From positions 64,001 to 128,000 of the forward strand of contig CAWEYG010000004.1 of the NCBI GenBank assembly GCA_963813155.1: a DNA stretch of 64,000 nt, in the 5' to 3' direction. The notes beneath the pieces are model-generated. The model saw only the letters and a list, made by a program, of their open reading frames with translations, made no database searches and was not told the DNA's origin. The position numbers were made by a program, and so were the translations under genes. This document shows positions 11,200-21,478 of the stretch, piece after piece. The stretch's first letter is position 1, and every line of letters starts with the position of its first letter. This stretch comes from an uncultured Acidobacteriota bacterium (GTDB taxonomy: Bacteria; Acidobacteriota; Thermoanaerobaculia; UBA5066; DATFVB01).

Positions 11200-11803
11200 C
11201 CGGCGTCAAGATCTGCGGGTTGACGCGGCCCGGGGACGTCGCGCTGGCGGCGGCCCTCGGCGCGAGCCACGTGGGCTTCAATTGTTCCCCGCGGAGCCCG
11301 AGGCGCGCCGATCTCCGGATCGCGGCCGAGCTCGCGCGGGAATCGGGAAACGCGAAGCGCGTCGGCGTGTTCGTCGACGAGACGGCGGAAGAGATTCGCC
11401 GGGCGGTCGACGCCCTCCGGCTGGACTTCCTTCAGATCCATCGCGCCCTTCGAGCTTCGGACCTGGATCACGGCCTGCCGGTCGTCGCCGTCGCCCGGGT
11501 CGACGGCGAAGCGGCGGAGGTGCCCGAGACGGCGCTTCTGCGCCGGTGCCGGGCGATTCTTTTCGATACCGCCGATCCCGGGAGGCCGGGCGGCACCGGG
11601 AATTCCTTCGACTGGAGGCTCCTCGAACGGATGACCTTCCCCGTGCCGATGTGGCTGGCAGGCGGCCTGCGCGCCGACAACGTGGGGGAGGCGATCCTTC
11701 GCGGGCGGCCCGAGGTCGTCGACGTCGCGTCCGGAGTCGAATCGTCTCCCGGCGTCAAAGACAAGGCGAAGCTCGAAGCTTTCTTTCTCGCGGCGAGGCG
11801 GGC

Positions 11804-11807
<4 letters not shown>
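11196..11807 (+). CDS. trpF: phosphoribosylanthranilate isomerase
   Basis: [32 protein letters not shown]. Confidence 0.93.
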
Positions 11808-12978
<1,171 letters not shown>

Positions 12979-12982
<4 letters not shown>

Positions 12983-13788
12983 CGGCGTCGCGCCTCGCCG
13001 GGAAGTTCGAGGCCGCGCGGCTGGACGGCCGCGCCTGCTTCATTCCTTACCTGACGGCCGGCGACCCGGATCTCGCGACGACCGTCGCGCTCGCGCGGGA
13101 GCTCGATCGGTCCGGCGCGGACGTGCTCGAGCTCGGCGTTCCGTTCTCCGACCCGATCGCCGACGGACCGACTCTCCAGCGGGCCGCCGCCCGCGCGCTG
13201 GCCGGCGGAACGACGCTCGCGGGCGTGCTCGAATGCGCGGCCGAGATTCGCCGCTCCACCCGTCTCGCGCTCGTGCTCTTTTCGTACGCGAACCCGCTCT
13301 TCGCGCCGGGGTTCGCGCGCGCGATGGACAGGTCGGCCGCGGCCGGTTTCGACGGCGTCCTGCTGACCGACGTTCCGGCGGAAGAGGCGGACGATTTCCT
13401 GCCCGCGATCGCGGCCTCGGGCCTCGACCCGATCTTCCTCGTGTCGCCGACGTCACCCGAAGAGCGAATGCGAAGAGCCTCGCGCCTCTCGCGGGGTTTT
13501 CTGTACGTCATCTCGCGGACCGGGACGACGGGGGAGAAGAAGTCGCTCGCGAGGGATCTCGCGCCGACGGTCCGGCGCGCCCGCCGCTGCTCCCCGGAGC
13601 TGCCGGTCGCCGTCGGGTTCGGCATTTCGACGGCCGCCGATGCGGCGCGCGTGGCCGCCCTTGCGGACGGCGTCATCGTCGGCTCGGCGCTCGTCCGGCT
13701 CGTCGAGTCGAGCGGACGGGACGCCGTCCCGGCGGCGGGACGGTTCGTCCGCGAAATGAGCGCGGCCTGCCTTCGAGCGCGGCGATGA
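12979..13788 (+). CDS. trpA: tryptophan synthase alpha subunit
   Basis: [40 protein letters not shown]. Confidence 0.95.
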
Positions 13789-14078
13789 GCGTCAGCGAGT
13801 TGGAGCGCCTGAGGCAGGCGATCGACGAGCTCGATCGCGTGATCGTGAAGCTCCTGAACCAGCGCGCGAAATACGCGATCGAGATCGGCCACGCGAAGAA
13901 GACTGTCGCGCTGCCGGTGTATTCGCCCGAGCGGGAGCGCGAAGTTCTTCGCAACGTCGAGGACGAGAACCGCGGCCCGCTCTCCGCCGACGGAATCCGC
14001 CGGCTCTACGAACGCATCATCGACGAGTCGCGGCGAATCGAGCGCCAGGCGAAAGAAGAAGAACGGGAAGAGGAGTGA
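13785..14078 (+). CDS. chorismate mutase (AroQ class)
   Basis: LERLRQAIDELDRVIVKLLNQRA...IGHAK...PEREREVL. Confidence 0.88.
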   Translation: MSVSELERLRQAIDELDRVIVKLLNQRAKYAIEIGHAKKTVALPVYSPEREREVLRNVEDENRGPLSADGIRRLYERIIDESRRIERQAKEEEREEE

Positions 14079-14085
14079 GGAACCC

Positions 14086-15099
14086 ATGTTGATCGTGATG
14101 AAGCCGAACGCGGGCGAAGCCGAAGTCGACGCGGTGATCGCGCGGCTCGTCGAAAAGGGGTTCGACGTCCACCGGTCGACGGGAGCGGAGCGGACCGTGC
14201 TCGGCGCGGTCGGACACGTCCAGAACAGCGACCCGCGGTTCTTCGAGGACATGGCCGGCGTGTTCGAGGTCGTCCGGATCAGCGAGCCGTACAAGCTTGC
14301 CGGGCGCACGTTCCAGCCGCGCGACAGCGTCGTGTCGGTTCGCGGGGTGCCGGTCGGCGGCGACGAGGTCGTCGTGATGGCGGGGCCGTGCACGATCGAG
14401 ACGCGCGAGCAGGTGTACGAGAGCGCGAAGGCGATCGCCCGGGCGGGCGCGAAGATCCTGCGCGGGGGCGCGTACAAGCCGCGCACGTCCCCGTATTCCT
14501 ACCAGGGGATGGGCGTCGATGGCTGGAAGATCCAGAGGGAAGTCGCCGACGAGTTCGGCCTCGCGACCGTGTCGGAGGTCATGGACTCCTCGCAGATCGA
14601 GGACGCGCTGGAGTACGTGGATCTCCTGCAGGTCGGCGCGAGGAACATGCAGAACTTCACGTTCCTGAAAGAGCTCGGCAAGATCCGCAAGCCGGTTCTC
14701 CTGAAACGCGGTCTCTCCGCGACGATCGAAGAATGGCTGTTGTCCGCCGAATACATCATGGCGGGCGGCAACCGCGACGTCATCCTGTGCGAGCGGGGAA
14801 TCCGCACGTTCGAGCGCTACACGCGCAACACGCTGGACATCTCCGCGATCCCGGTCATCGAGAAGCTCTCGCACCTGCCCGTCGTCGCCGACCCGTCGCA
14901 CGGCACGGGGCACCGCGAGCAGGTCGCGCCGATGGCGCTCGCCGCGGCGGCCGCGGGCGCGGACGGCCTGATCATCGAGGTGCATCCCGATCCGGACAAC
15001 GCGCTGTGCGACGGCCCGCAGTCGCTGCTGCCGGAGCAGTTCACGAGGCTGATGGATCAGCTCAGAATCATCGCCCCGGCCGTGGGGAAGCGGATTTGA
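14086..15099 (+). CDS. aroF: 3-deoxy-7-phosphoheptulonate (DAHP) synthase, type I-beta with N-terminal regulatory domain
   Basis: [50 protein letters not shown]. Confidence 0.94.
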   Translation: MLIVMKPNAGEAEVDAVIARLVEKGFDVHRSTGAERTVLGAVGHVQNSDPRFFEDMAGVFEVVRISEPYKLAGRTFQPRDSVVSVRGVPVGGDEVVVMAGPCTIETREQVYESAKAIARAGAKILRGGAYKPRTSPYSYQGMGVDGWKIQREVADEFGLATVSEVMDSSQIEDALEYVDLLQVGARNMQNFTFLKELGKIRKPVLLKRGLSATIEEWLLSAEYIMAGGNRDVILCERGIRTFERYTRNTLDISAIPVIEKLSHLPVVADPSHGTGHREQVAPMALAAAAAGADGLIIEVHPDPDNALCDGPQSLLPEQFTRLMDQLRIIAPAVGKRI

Positions 15100-15105
15100 G
15101 CTACT

Positions 15106-15126
15106 CCCTCTCCCGGCGGGAGAGGG
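15106..15126. repeat. REP-like palindrome (CCCTCTCCC...GGGAGAGGG family)
   Basis: CCCTCTCCC-GGC-GGGAGAGGG just after the aroF stop; related copies at 17046-17091 and 43180-43257. Confidence 0.6.
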
Positions 15127-15143
15127 GTGGGGACCGGGGGGAT

Positions 15144-15165
15144 GTCATTCCCGCGAAAGCGGGAA
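15144..15165. repeat. REP-like palindrome GTCATTCCCGCGAAAGCGGGAA(TC), interrupted by the IS30
   Basis: TTCCCGC-GAAA-GCGGGAA hairpin; the continuation GAATC is found at 16203-16207 beyond the IS. Confidence 0.65.
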
Positions 15166-16155
15166 GGTGGATTCACATTTGAAGTGCAACAGATGAGAGA
15201 AGACCTCGGCCGGGGTTTGGAAGTCAAGGCATTTCCTAGGTGTGTGATTGTAGAGTTGGGCAAGGCGGAGGATTTGGCTCGTGGGAAGGACTGCCAGGTC
15301 GGTTTTTCGGGGGAGGAAGCGACGAAGCCGGCCGATGGCATTTTCGACTCCGCCCTTCTGCCAAGGAGACCGTGGATCGCAAAAGAATGTTTCGACTCCG
15401 AGGGTTTTTCCCAGGCGGTGATGGAAAGCGAACTCGGTTCCGTTGTCGAAGGTCACGGTGCGGCGCAGGGACGGGGGAAGAGGTCGCAGAAGATTTTCGA
15501 TGGTAGAGACAAGAGGTGCGGCGGCCTTGCTTTGTTGACGCAGGATAACCGTCAGTCGAGAAGTACGTTCGTGAAGGGCCAAGACGGCCTGCCCATAGGT
15601 GGCAAAGAGCATGAGATCGGCCTCCCAATGGCCAGGGTTGGTTCGGTCACTGGCTTCTGGGGGTCGCAGAGCAATGGGGACACGGTTTTGGATGTGCACG
15701 GTCGAGTTGCCGTGTTTTGGGGAGCGTCGGCCGCGCTTGCTCTTGCCGCGGGGGAGGTAGAGCCGCCAGGAGTAATCCTTGGTGCGAGCGATCTGAGCGG
15801 CGATGAAGCGATAAATGGTTTCATGACTGACAACCGGCCGGCCTTCTTCGCGCGCGAGCCTGCCGGCGACCTCCTGCGGCGACCATCCCTGACTGAGGCG
15901 GTCCAAGACCAGAGCCTGGAGGTCGGGCCGACGCAACAGTTTGCTGCCGGTCCAGCGCCGTGCCTTGGCCTGTTGACCGGCGTAAACGGGCTGATACCCG
16001 CCCGACGTCGTGCTGTTGCGCTTCAGCTCCCGAGCAACGCTCGATGGCGCGCGATCCAGACCTGCCGCGATTTGCCGGATCGATTGCCCGGCGCAGCGAC
16101 GCCGGGCAATCTCACACCGTTCCTGGATCCCAAGCTGCCCGTATTGGCGCCCCAT
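15145..16155 (-). CDS. IS30-family DDE transposase
   Basis: HTH (SIRQIAAGLDRAPSSVARELKRN), WSPQEV, SHETIY, GHWEADL, TFDNGTEF, FCDPRSPWQKGGVEN, NHTPRKCLDFQTP. Confidence 0.95.
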   Translation of the reverse strand: MGRQYGQLGIQERCEIARRRCAGQSIRQIAAGLDRAPSSVARELKRNSTTSGGYQPVYAGQQAKARRWTGSKLLRRPDLQALVLDRLSQGWSPQEVAGRLAREEGRPVVSHETIYRFIAAQIARTKDYSWRLYLPRGKSKRGRRSPKHGNSTVHIQNRVPIALRPPEASDRTNPGHWEADLMLFATYGQAVLALHERTSRLTVILRQQSKAAAPLVSTIENLLRPLPPSLRRTVTFDNGTEFAFHHRLGKTLGVETFFCDPRSPWQKGGVENAIGRLRRFLPRKTDLAVLPTSQILRLAQLYNHTPRKCLDFQTPAEVFSHLLHFKCESTFPLSRE

Positions 16156-16202
16156 CGCAGCACCCCCATCAGAAGGTGTTGCACTTCGTTTGTGAAATCA
16201 AA
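15166..16202 (-). mobile_element. IS30-family insertion sequence (1037 bp), 26-bp imperfect terminal inverted repeats, putative 3-bp GAA target duplication
   Basis: IR GGTGGATTCACATTTGAAGTGCAACA (15166-15191) vs reverse complement of 16177-16202 TTTGATTTCACAAACGAAGTGCAACA (19/26 identical); GAA at 15163-15165 and 16203-16205. Confidence 0.82.
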
Positions 16203-16236
16203 GAATCGCTCTGGCGTGCCCGTGTAAAATCTCCCG

Positions 16237-17358
16237 ATGTCATCCCCCCTCCCTCCCGTCGCGATCGTCGGAGCCGGGCCGACCGGAATCGCGTGCGCGA
16301 TCGAGCTCCAGCGTGTCGGCCGCGAGGCGATTTGCTACGACCGCGGCGGGATCCTCGATTCGATCTACCGCTTTCCGGAGGAAATGGTCTGGTTTTCCAC
16401 GCGCGACCTGCTGGACATCGGCGGAATCCCATTCGCGACGCCGCACGCCCACCCGACGCGCCTCGAGACGCTCGCGTATTACCGGGGTGTCGCCGAGAAG
16501 TTCGGCGTGAAGATCGAGGCGGAAACCGAAATCGAAAGGATCGAAAAATCGAGCGGAGGGAACTTCCGCTTCCTCGCGCGTCGTCGCGGCGAGACGGTTT
16601 CGTTCGAGGCCTCCGCGGCCGTGCTCGCGACCGGGTTCTTCCATAACCCGAAAAAGCTCGACGTGCCGGGATGCGACCAGGCTCACGTTCATTCTCGGTA
16701 CGTTTCGGCGTATCCGTACCACGGCCGTGACGTCGTCGTCGTGGGTGCGAAGAACGGGGCCGCGGAAGCGGCGCTGGACCTGTACCGCCACGGCGCCCGT
16801 GTGACGCTCGTCGCGCGAGCGGGCGAGATCTCCGACCGCGTGAAGTACTGGGTGAAGCCCGACATCGAGAACCGCATCCGAGAGGGGGCGATCCACGCGT
16901 TGTTCCACGCCTCGATCGTCGAGATCGGCTCTGATTCCGTTGTCGTCCGGGCGCGGTCCGGCGGGCAGACCTCGCGGCCGCGTGCTTCGCACACCGAGCT
17001 GAGCGGCCGCTCACTTCCAACCGAGGGGAAGGTTCCCCTCGATCTCCCCTCTCCAACTGGAGAGGGGTGGCCGTCAGGCCGGGGTGAGGTCAAGATCCCC
17101 GCGGACGCGGTTTTCGCCCTGATCGGCTACGAACCGGATTTTTCTCTCCTGGAGAGATGCGGTGTTCGGCTGGAAGGGGAGAAGAGAGTCCCCGCGCACG
17201 ACCCGGAGACGTTGGAGTCGAACGTGCTCGGGCTCTATCTCGCGGGCGCGCTCCTCACGGGCACCGAGACGGGCCGCATTTTCATCGAGAACAGCCGCCA
17301 CCACGCCGCCCAGATCGCCCGCGCGATCGCGCACCGGATCCCCGCGGCTCATGCCTGA
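16237..17358 (+). CDS. ypdA: YpdA-family FAD-dependent (bacillithiol-type) disulfide reductase with an internal ~40-aa insertion
   Basis: GAGPTG, SIYRFPEEMVWFST, TRLETLAYY, KYWVKPDIENRI, FIENSRHH. Confidence 0.85.
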   Translation: MSSPLPPVAIVGAGPTGIACAIELQRVGREAICYDRGGILDSIYRFPEEMVWFSTRDLLDIGGIPFATPHAHPTRLETLAYYRGVAEKFGVKIEAETEIERIEKSSGGNFRFLARRRGETVSFEASAAVLATGFFHNPKKLDVPGCDQAHVHSRYVSAYPYHGRDVVVVGAKNGAAEAALDLYRHGARVTLVARAGEISDRVKYWVKPDIENRIREGAIHALFHASIVEIGSDSVVVRARSGGQTSRPRASHTELSGRSLPTEGKVPLDLPSPTGEGWPSGRGEVKIPADAVFALIGYEPDFSLLERCGVRLEGEKRVPAHDPETLESNVLGLYLAGALLTGTETGRIFIENSRHHAAQIARAIAHRIPAAHA

Positions 17359-18031
17359 GGCGACCGAGAGGGAGCTGCTCCGGCTGCTCGCCGGGATGGA
17401 CGTTTCCCCGGAACGGATCCGCCAGCTCCTGGGAGACCGCGATGCCCGGCGGCTCCACGTCGTTCGGCGCATTCTCGCCGCGCACCCGAAGACTCCCCGG
17501 GCCGACGCGCTCGCTCTCGTGCCGACGCTCTACTGGCGGGACCTCGCGTGGATTTCCTCCGAGGCGCGTGCCCATCCCGCGATCCGGCAGGCCGCCGACC
17601 GGGAGATCCTTCGCCGGGCGCCCGGGCTCGCGGTGGCCGAGCGATGCGCCGTCGCGCAGCTCTCCGGGCGCGGAGTGATCGCGGCGCTTCGCCGGGACGC
17701 CGACGGCGCGGTTCTGCGAGCGCTCCTCCGAAACCGGCTGACCGTCGAGTCGGACGTCGTTTTCATCGCGGGCACGTCCCGCGACCCGGACCTGCTCGTT
17801 TCTCTGCTTTCGGCGCCTGTGTGGGGCGTCCGCGTCGCCGTCCGGGCCGCGATCGCCCGGAATCCCTTCACGCCCGAAGACGAGGCGGTTCGGCTCTTTC
17901 CGTCCATCCCGCTCGCGGACCTGCGCGAGATCTGCGGGGAGGGCCGCCGCCCGGTCTCCTTCCTGTTTCGCGCCCGCCAGGCGCTGGCCGAGAGGGTCGA
18001 AGGGCGTGACAGCTGCACGCGAGTGGTCTAG
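17351..18031 (+). CDS. hypothetical helical-repeat (LRV/HEAT-like) protein
   Basis: ATG overlaps ypdA end; repeats VRRILAAHPKTP...L..RDL and VRAAIARNPFTP...DL. Confidence 0.65.
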   Translation: MPEATERELLRLLAGMDVSPERIRQLLGDRDARRLHVVRRILAAHPKTPRADALALVPTLYWRDLAWISSEARAHPAIRQAADREILRRAPGLAVAERCAVAQLSGRGVIAALRRDADGAVLRALLRNRLTVESDVVFIAGTSRDPDLLVSLLSAPVWGVRVAVRAAIARNPFTPEDEAVRLFPSIPLADLREICGEGRRPVSFLFRARQALAERVEGRDSCTRVV

Positions 18032-18047
18032 CATGTACCGAACATCA

Positions 18048-18826
18048 ATGGCCGATTCGGGCGAGGTCGGGTTCGGCGAAGAATTGCGGCGCAACCGCCT
18101 GGTGCGCGAAGTGTCCCTGGAAAGCATCGCGAGCGCAACGAAGATCTCGAAACGGCATCTCGAGGCGCTCGAGAGGGGCGATTTTTCGCGTCTTCCGGCG
18201 CCGGTCTTCACGCGGGGCTTCATTCGCGCCTACGCGGGATACCTCGGGCTCGACCCCGAAGAAATGGTGAATGCCTATCTTTCCGACACGGTGAATGCGT
18301 CCCCGCGGGCAGATGCGAGATCCGAGGCGTCGATCTCCCGTCGTCCGCGTTCCGTCGCGATCCTGCCCGTTGCGGCAGCTGTTCTCGGCATCGGATCGTC
18401 CTGGCGGGCGTCGCCTGGCGGGCGGCGCATCGCGCTCGCCCGGCGTCGGCGAAGACGACCGTTCTGCCGCCCGTGTCGGCTTCTCCTTTCATTCGTGAAA
18501 TTCCGAAGTCCACCTCCGCGCCCGCGCCGGGGATCTCCGGCGGCGCGCCGGCCGCTCCCCTGGCCCTGACTCTGAGGTTTCAGGAGGACTGCTGGATCGA
18601 GCTCTTCGGCGACGAGAGGCTCCTCTTCTCGGGGATGTTGAAGAAGGGCGAAGACCGGACCTTCGAAGCGCAGAGCGACTTCCGCCTCACCCTGGGAAAC
18701 GCGCGCGCGGTGGCCGTCGCCGTCAACGGCCGGTTGCTGCCGCCGCTCGGCGGAGCGGGGCAGGTCGTCCGCGATCTTCGCATCGACGCCGCCCATCTGG
18801 ACGAGCTCGTTTCCCGCCGGAGCTAG
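18048..18826 (+). CDS. rodZ: RodZ-like protein (HTH + TM + DUF4115); frameshift near 18400-18420
   Basis: FGEELRRNR..SLESIASATKI..HLEALERG..LPAPVFTRGFIRAYAGYLGLD; C-terminal CWIEL...LTLGNARAV..VNG..LGG.GQV. Confidence 0.8.
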
Positions 18827-18827
18827 C

Positions 18828-19886
18828 CTGGCAGGGGGGCCGATCTCGCCGGATCGCGATTTTACCGTCGCGTCTCTTCTCGACGGCTCGGCCGACCGAG
18901 TCCTTCGCCTGTTCGGCGCAAAGGCCCTTCTTCCGCTCGGGATCGAGGACCGGCTTCGAATTCTGCTGAGCTGCCGGAACGATACCGACGCGGAAATCGC
19001 GGGAGAGGCGGCCGCCTCGATCGCGAAAGTGCCTCCGGAGGAGTGGCTGAGCTTTCTGGACTTCGGCGAGCTCTCGGGAGGAGAGATTGGAGTCCTCGCG
19101 ACCTCCACCGACGATCCTTCGGTCCTGGAGCGGCTGGTGCGCCACCGGGCGACGCCCGACGCGGTGCTCGTCCGCCTCGCGCGCGAGGCTCCGGCGGCCG
19201 TTCTGGAGGCGCTCGTCGTGAACCAGAAGAGACTTCTGGCGCATCCGGCGATCATCGACGCCGCGGAAGCCAATCGCGCCCTTCCCCCCGATTGCCGCAG
19301 GCTCCTTCGGGAGATCCGCGAAGAATTCTTCGAGAAGGAATCCCGGCGGCGGGACGCCGCGGAGGCCGCGGCGCCGCTCGAGTCCGCACCCGAGGAAGCC
19401 GCGGGCCCGGCCGACCCCGAGACGCCGGCGTCCGGGGAGGTCGAGGCGGGCGAGACCGAGGAAGAGCACGAGCGCCGGATGGCGATCAACCAGCGAATCG
19501 CTTACATGAACGCGGCGGAGAAAATCGAGACGGCGCTCAAGGGGACGCGCGAGGAGAGGCGGATCCTGGTCACCGACGTGAACAAATCCGTGTGGGAGTC
19601 GGTTCTCAAATGCCCTTACCTCACGGACGTCGAGCTCGAGGCCTTCGCCTCGATGCGCAACGTGGACCCGGGGGTCTTTCGGCTGATGGCGCTGAAACCC
19701 GACTGGATGCGCAAGTACGGCGTCGTGCACAAGCTCGTGAACAACCCGATCGTTCCCAACGAGATCAGCATGGGACTGGTGAAATTCCTGCGGATGCGGG
19801 ACCTCCGGCTCGCCATGAACGACAAGAATCTCCCGGAACCCGTCCGAATCACGGCGCGGAAGATCTACCTCATCCGGCGCGCCTAA
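18828..19886 (+). CDS. conserved hypothetical helical-repeat protein (start uncertain; frame open from 18828)
   Basis: Open frame with protein-like sequence upstream of the annotated GTG at 19029; C-terminal KIETALKGTREERRILVTD.NK.V..SVL, VVHKLVNNPIVP. Confidence 0.65.
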   Translation: MAGGPISPDRDFTVASLLDGSADRVLRLFGAKALLPLGIEDRLRILLSCRNDTDAEIAGEAAASIAKVPPEEWLSFLDFGELSGGEIGVLATSTDDPSVLERLVRHRATPDAVLVRLAREAPAAVLEALVVNQKRLLAHPAIIDAAEANRALPPDCRRLLREIREEFFEKESRRRDAAEAAAPLESAPEEAAGPADPETPASGEVEAGETEEEHERRMAINQRIAYMNAAEKIETALKGTREERRILVTDVNKSVWESVLKCPYLTDVELEAFASMRNVDPGVFRLMALKPDWMRKYGVVHKLVNNPIVPNEISMGLVKFLRMRDLRLAMNDKNLPEPVRITARKIYLIRRA

Positions 19887-19953
19887 GCTCTCTCCTTCGA
19901 GGGTCTTGCGCAATCCATCGGAATTGCCGGATAATTGTCGAAGAAACCGAAGA

Positions 19954-20577
19954 ATGGCAGAGACGGTCAACCAATACGATGTGCTCGGCGTCCCGCGGAG
20001 CGCGACGACGGAGGAAATCCGAAAGCGATTTCGCGACCTCGCGCGCGAGCGCCATCCCGACCGGAGTTTGCCGGGCGAGAAGTCGCGCGCCGAAGCGGAG
20101 TTCCAGGCGCTCACGGCCGCCTACAACGTGCTGATGAGCCCGGTGAGGCGGGCGGCGCTGGATTTCGACCTCGACAACAAGGTCGTCTCCGAATCCGACC
20201 CGAAGGCGATCGCCCAGGCGTACCTCGCCAAGGGAGTGGAGGAATACCGGGAGGGGAGGCTGGACTCGGCGTTTTCCAATTTCGAGCTCGCCCTCCATCA
20301 CGACGCGGAAAACGCCGTGATCCAGCACCACTACGCGCTTTCCGCCGCGCGATCTCCGAACCGGCTTCGCCATGCGATCGCGGCGATCGAGAAATCGATC
20401 CGGATCGACCCCCACAACGCGGGCTTCCTCCGGGACGCCGGGACGATCTTTCGTCAGGCAGGGCTTTGGACTCGCGCCGAAAAGTGTTACCTTGAGGCAT
20501 TGAGGTGGATGCCCGACTCGCCGGAGATCCGGCGAGGCCTGGAAGACGCGCGGAACCATCGGGCTCCGCAACAGTGA
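19954..20577 (+). CDS. DnaJ-domain + TPR protein
   Basis: YDVLGV..ATTEEIRKRFRDLARERHPD..AEFQALTAAYNVL; TPR-like repeats. Confidence 0.85.
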   Translation: MAETVNQYDVLGVPRSATTEEIRKRFRDLARERHPDRSLPGEKSRAEAEFQALTAAYNVLMSPVRRAALDFDLDNKVVSESDPKAIAQAYLAKGVEEYREGRLDSAFSNFELALHHDAENAVIQHHYALSAARSPNRLRHAIAAIEKSIRIDPHNAGFLRDAGTIFRQAGLWTRAEKCYLEALRWMPDSPEIRRGLEDARNHRAPQQ

Positions 20578-20584
20578 ATTTCGA

Positions 20585-21367
20585 ATGACGATGACGTTTC
20601 GCGCATTCGGTTTGACCGATATCGGCCGGAAGCGAAAGCACAACGAAGATTCCTTCGTGATCGACCTCGGCGAGGGACTGTTCGTCGTCGCGGACGGAAT
20701 GGGCGGCCACGCCGCCGGCGAGGTCGCCGCCAAGATCGCCGTCGACACCATCGAAGAATTCATCAGCGACACGAGCCAGAAGTTCGAAAGCACGTGGCCT
20801 TTCCAGTACAACCACCAGTGGCGGTTCAACAGCAACCGTCTCGCGGTCGCCGTCGAGAAAGCCAACGAGAGGGTGATCTCCGCGGTCGCGAAGCAGCCCG
20901 CGCTGAAAGGCATGGGGACGACCCTCGTCGGCGCCATCCTCAACGGCTCGGGCATGTCGCTCGCCCACGTCGGAGACAGCCGCGCCTACCGCTTCCGGGG
21001 CCGCGAGCTGCGCCGCCTGACCGACGACCATTCGTGGGTTCACGAGCAGATCGTGACGGGCATCCTCACCGAGGAGGAGGCGAAATCGCACCCCCTGAAG
21101 AACGTCGTGACCCGGGCTCTCGGCGGCGGTCCGACCGTCATGCCGGAGCTTCAGGAGCTCGACCTGCAGCCCGGCGACCAGTACCTCTTCTGTTCCGACG
21201 GTCTGACGACGATGCTTTCCGACGAGGAGGTCGGGCAGGTGCTCGTCGCCGAGGGCGATCCGGAAGCCTCCTGCCGGGAGTTGATCGAGAAAGCCAACGA
21301 AAAGGGCGGGCTCGACAACATCACGGTGATCATCGTCGAGGTCCGCGAGAACTCGCAGCCCGCCTGA
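20585..21367 (+). CDS. PP2C-family Ser/Thr phosphatase (Stp1/PrpC type)
   Basis: TDIGRKRKHNED, VADGMGGHAAGEVA, GMGTT, HVGDSRAY, CSDGL, GGLDNIT. Confidence 0.93.
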   Translation: MTMTFRAFGLTDIGRKRKHNEDSFVIDLGEGLFVVADGMGGHAAGEVAAKIAVDTIEEFISDTSQKFESTWPFQYNHQWRFNSNRLAVAVEKANERVISAVAKQPALKGMGTTLVGAILNGSGMSLAHVGDSRAYRFRGRELRRLTDDHSWVHEQIVTGILTEEEAKSHPLKNVVTRALGGGPTVMPELQELDLQPGDQYLFCSDGLTTMLSDEEVGQVLVAEGDPEASCRELIEKANEKGGLDNITVIIVEVRENSQPA

Positions 21368-21478
21368 GTCTCCCGGCGGAATGAAACGCCGGAGCCCGGT
21401 GTTCCGTAAACGTAACAGCGCATTGGTCTCGACTGCGAGAAAGGCTATCGTCGCGCATGGTCCTGTAGATTCAGACAT

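Noticed and set aside
15127-16227. 366-aa ORF antisense to the IS30 transposase
   Set aside because: No recognisable motifs; fully overlaps a clear transposase and extends beyond the element ends.
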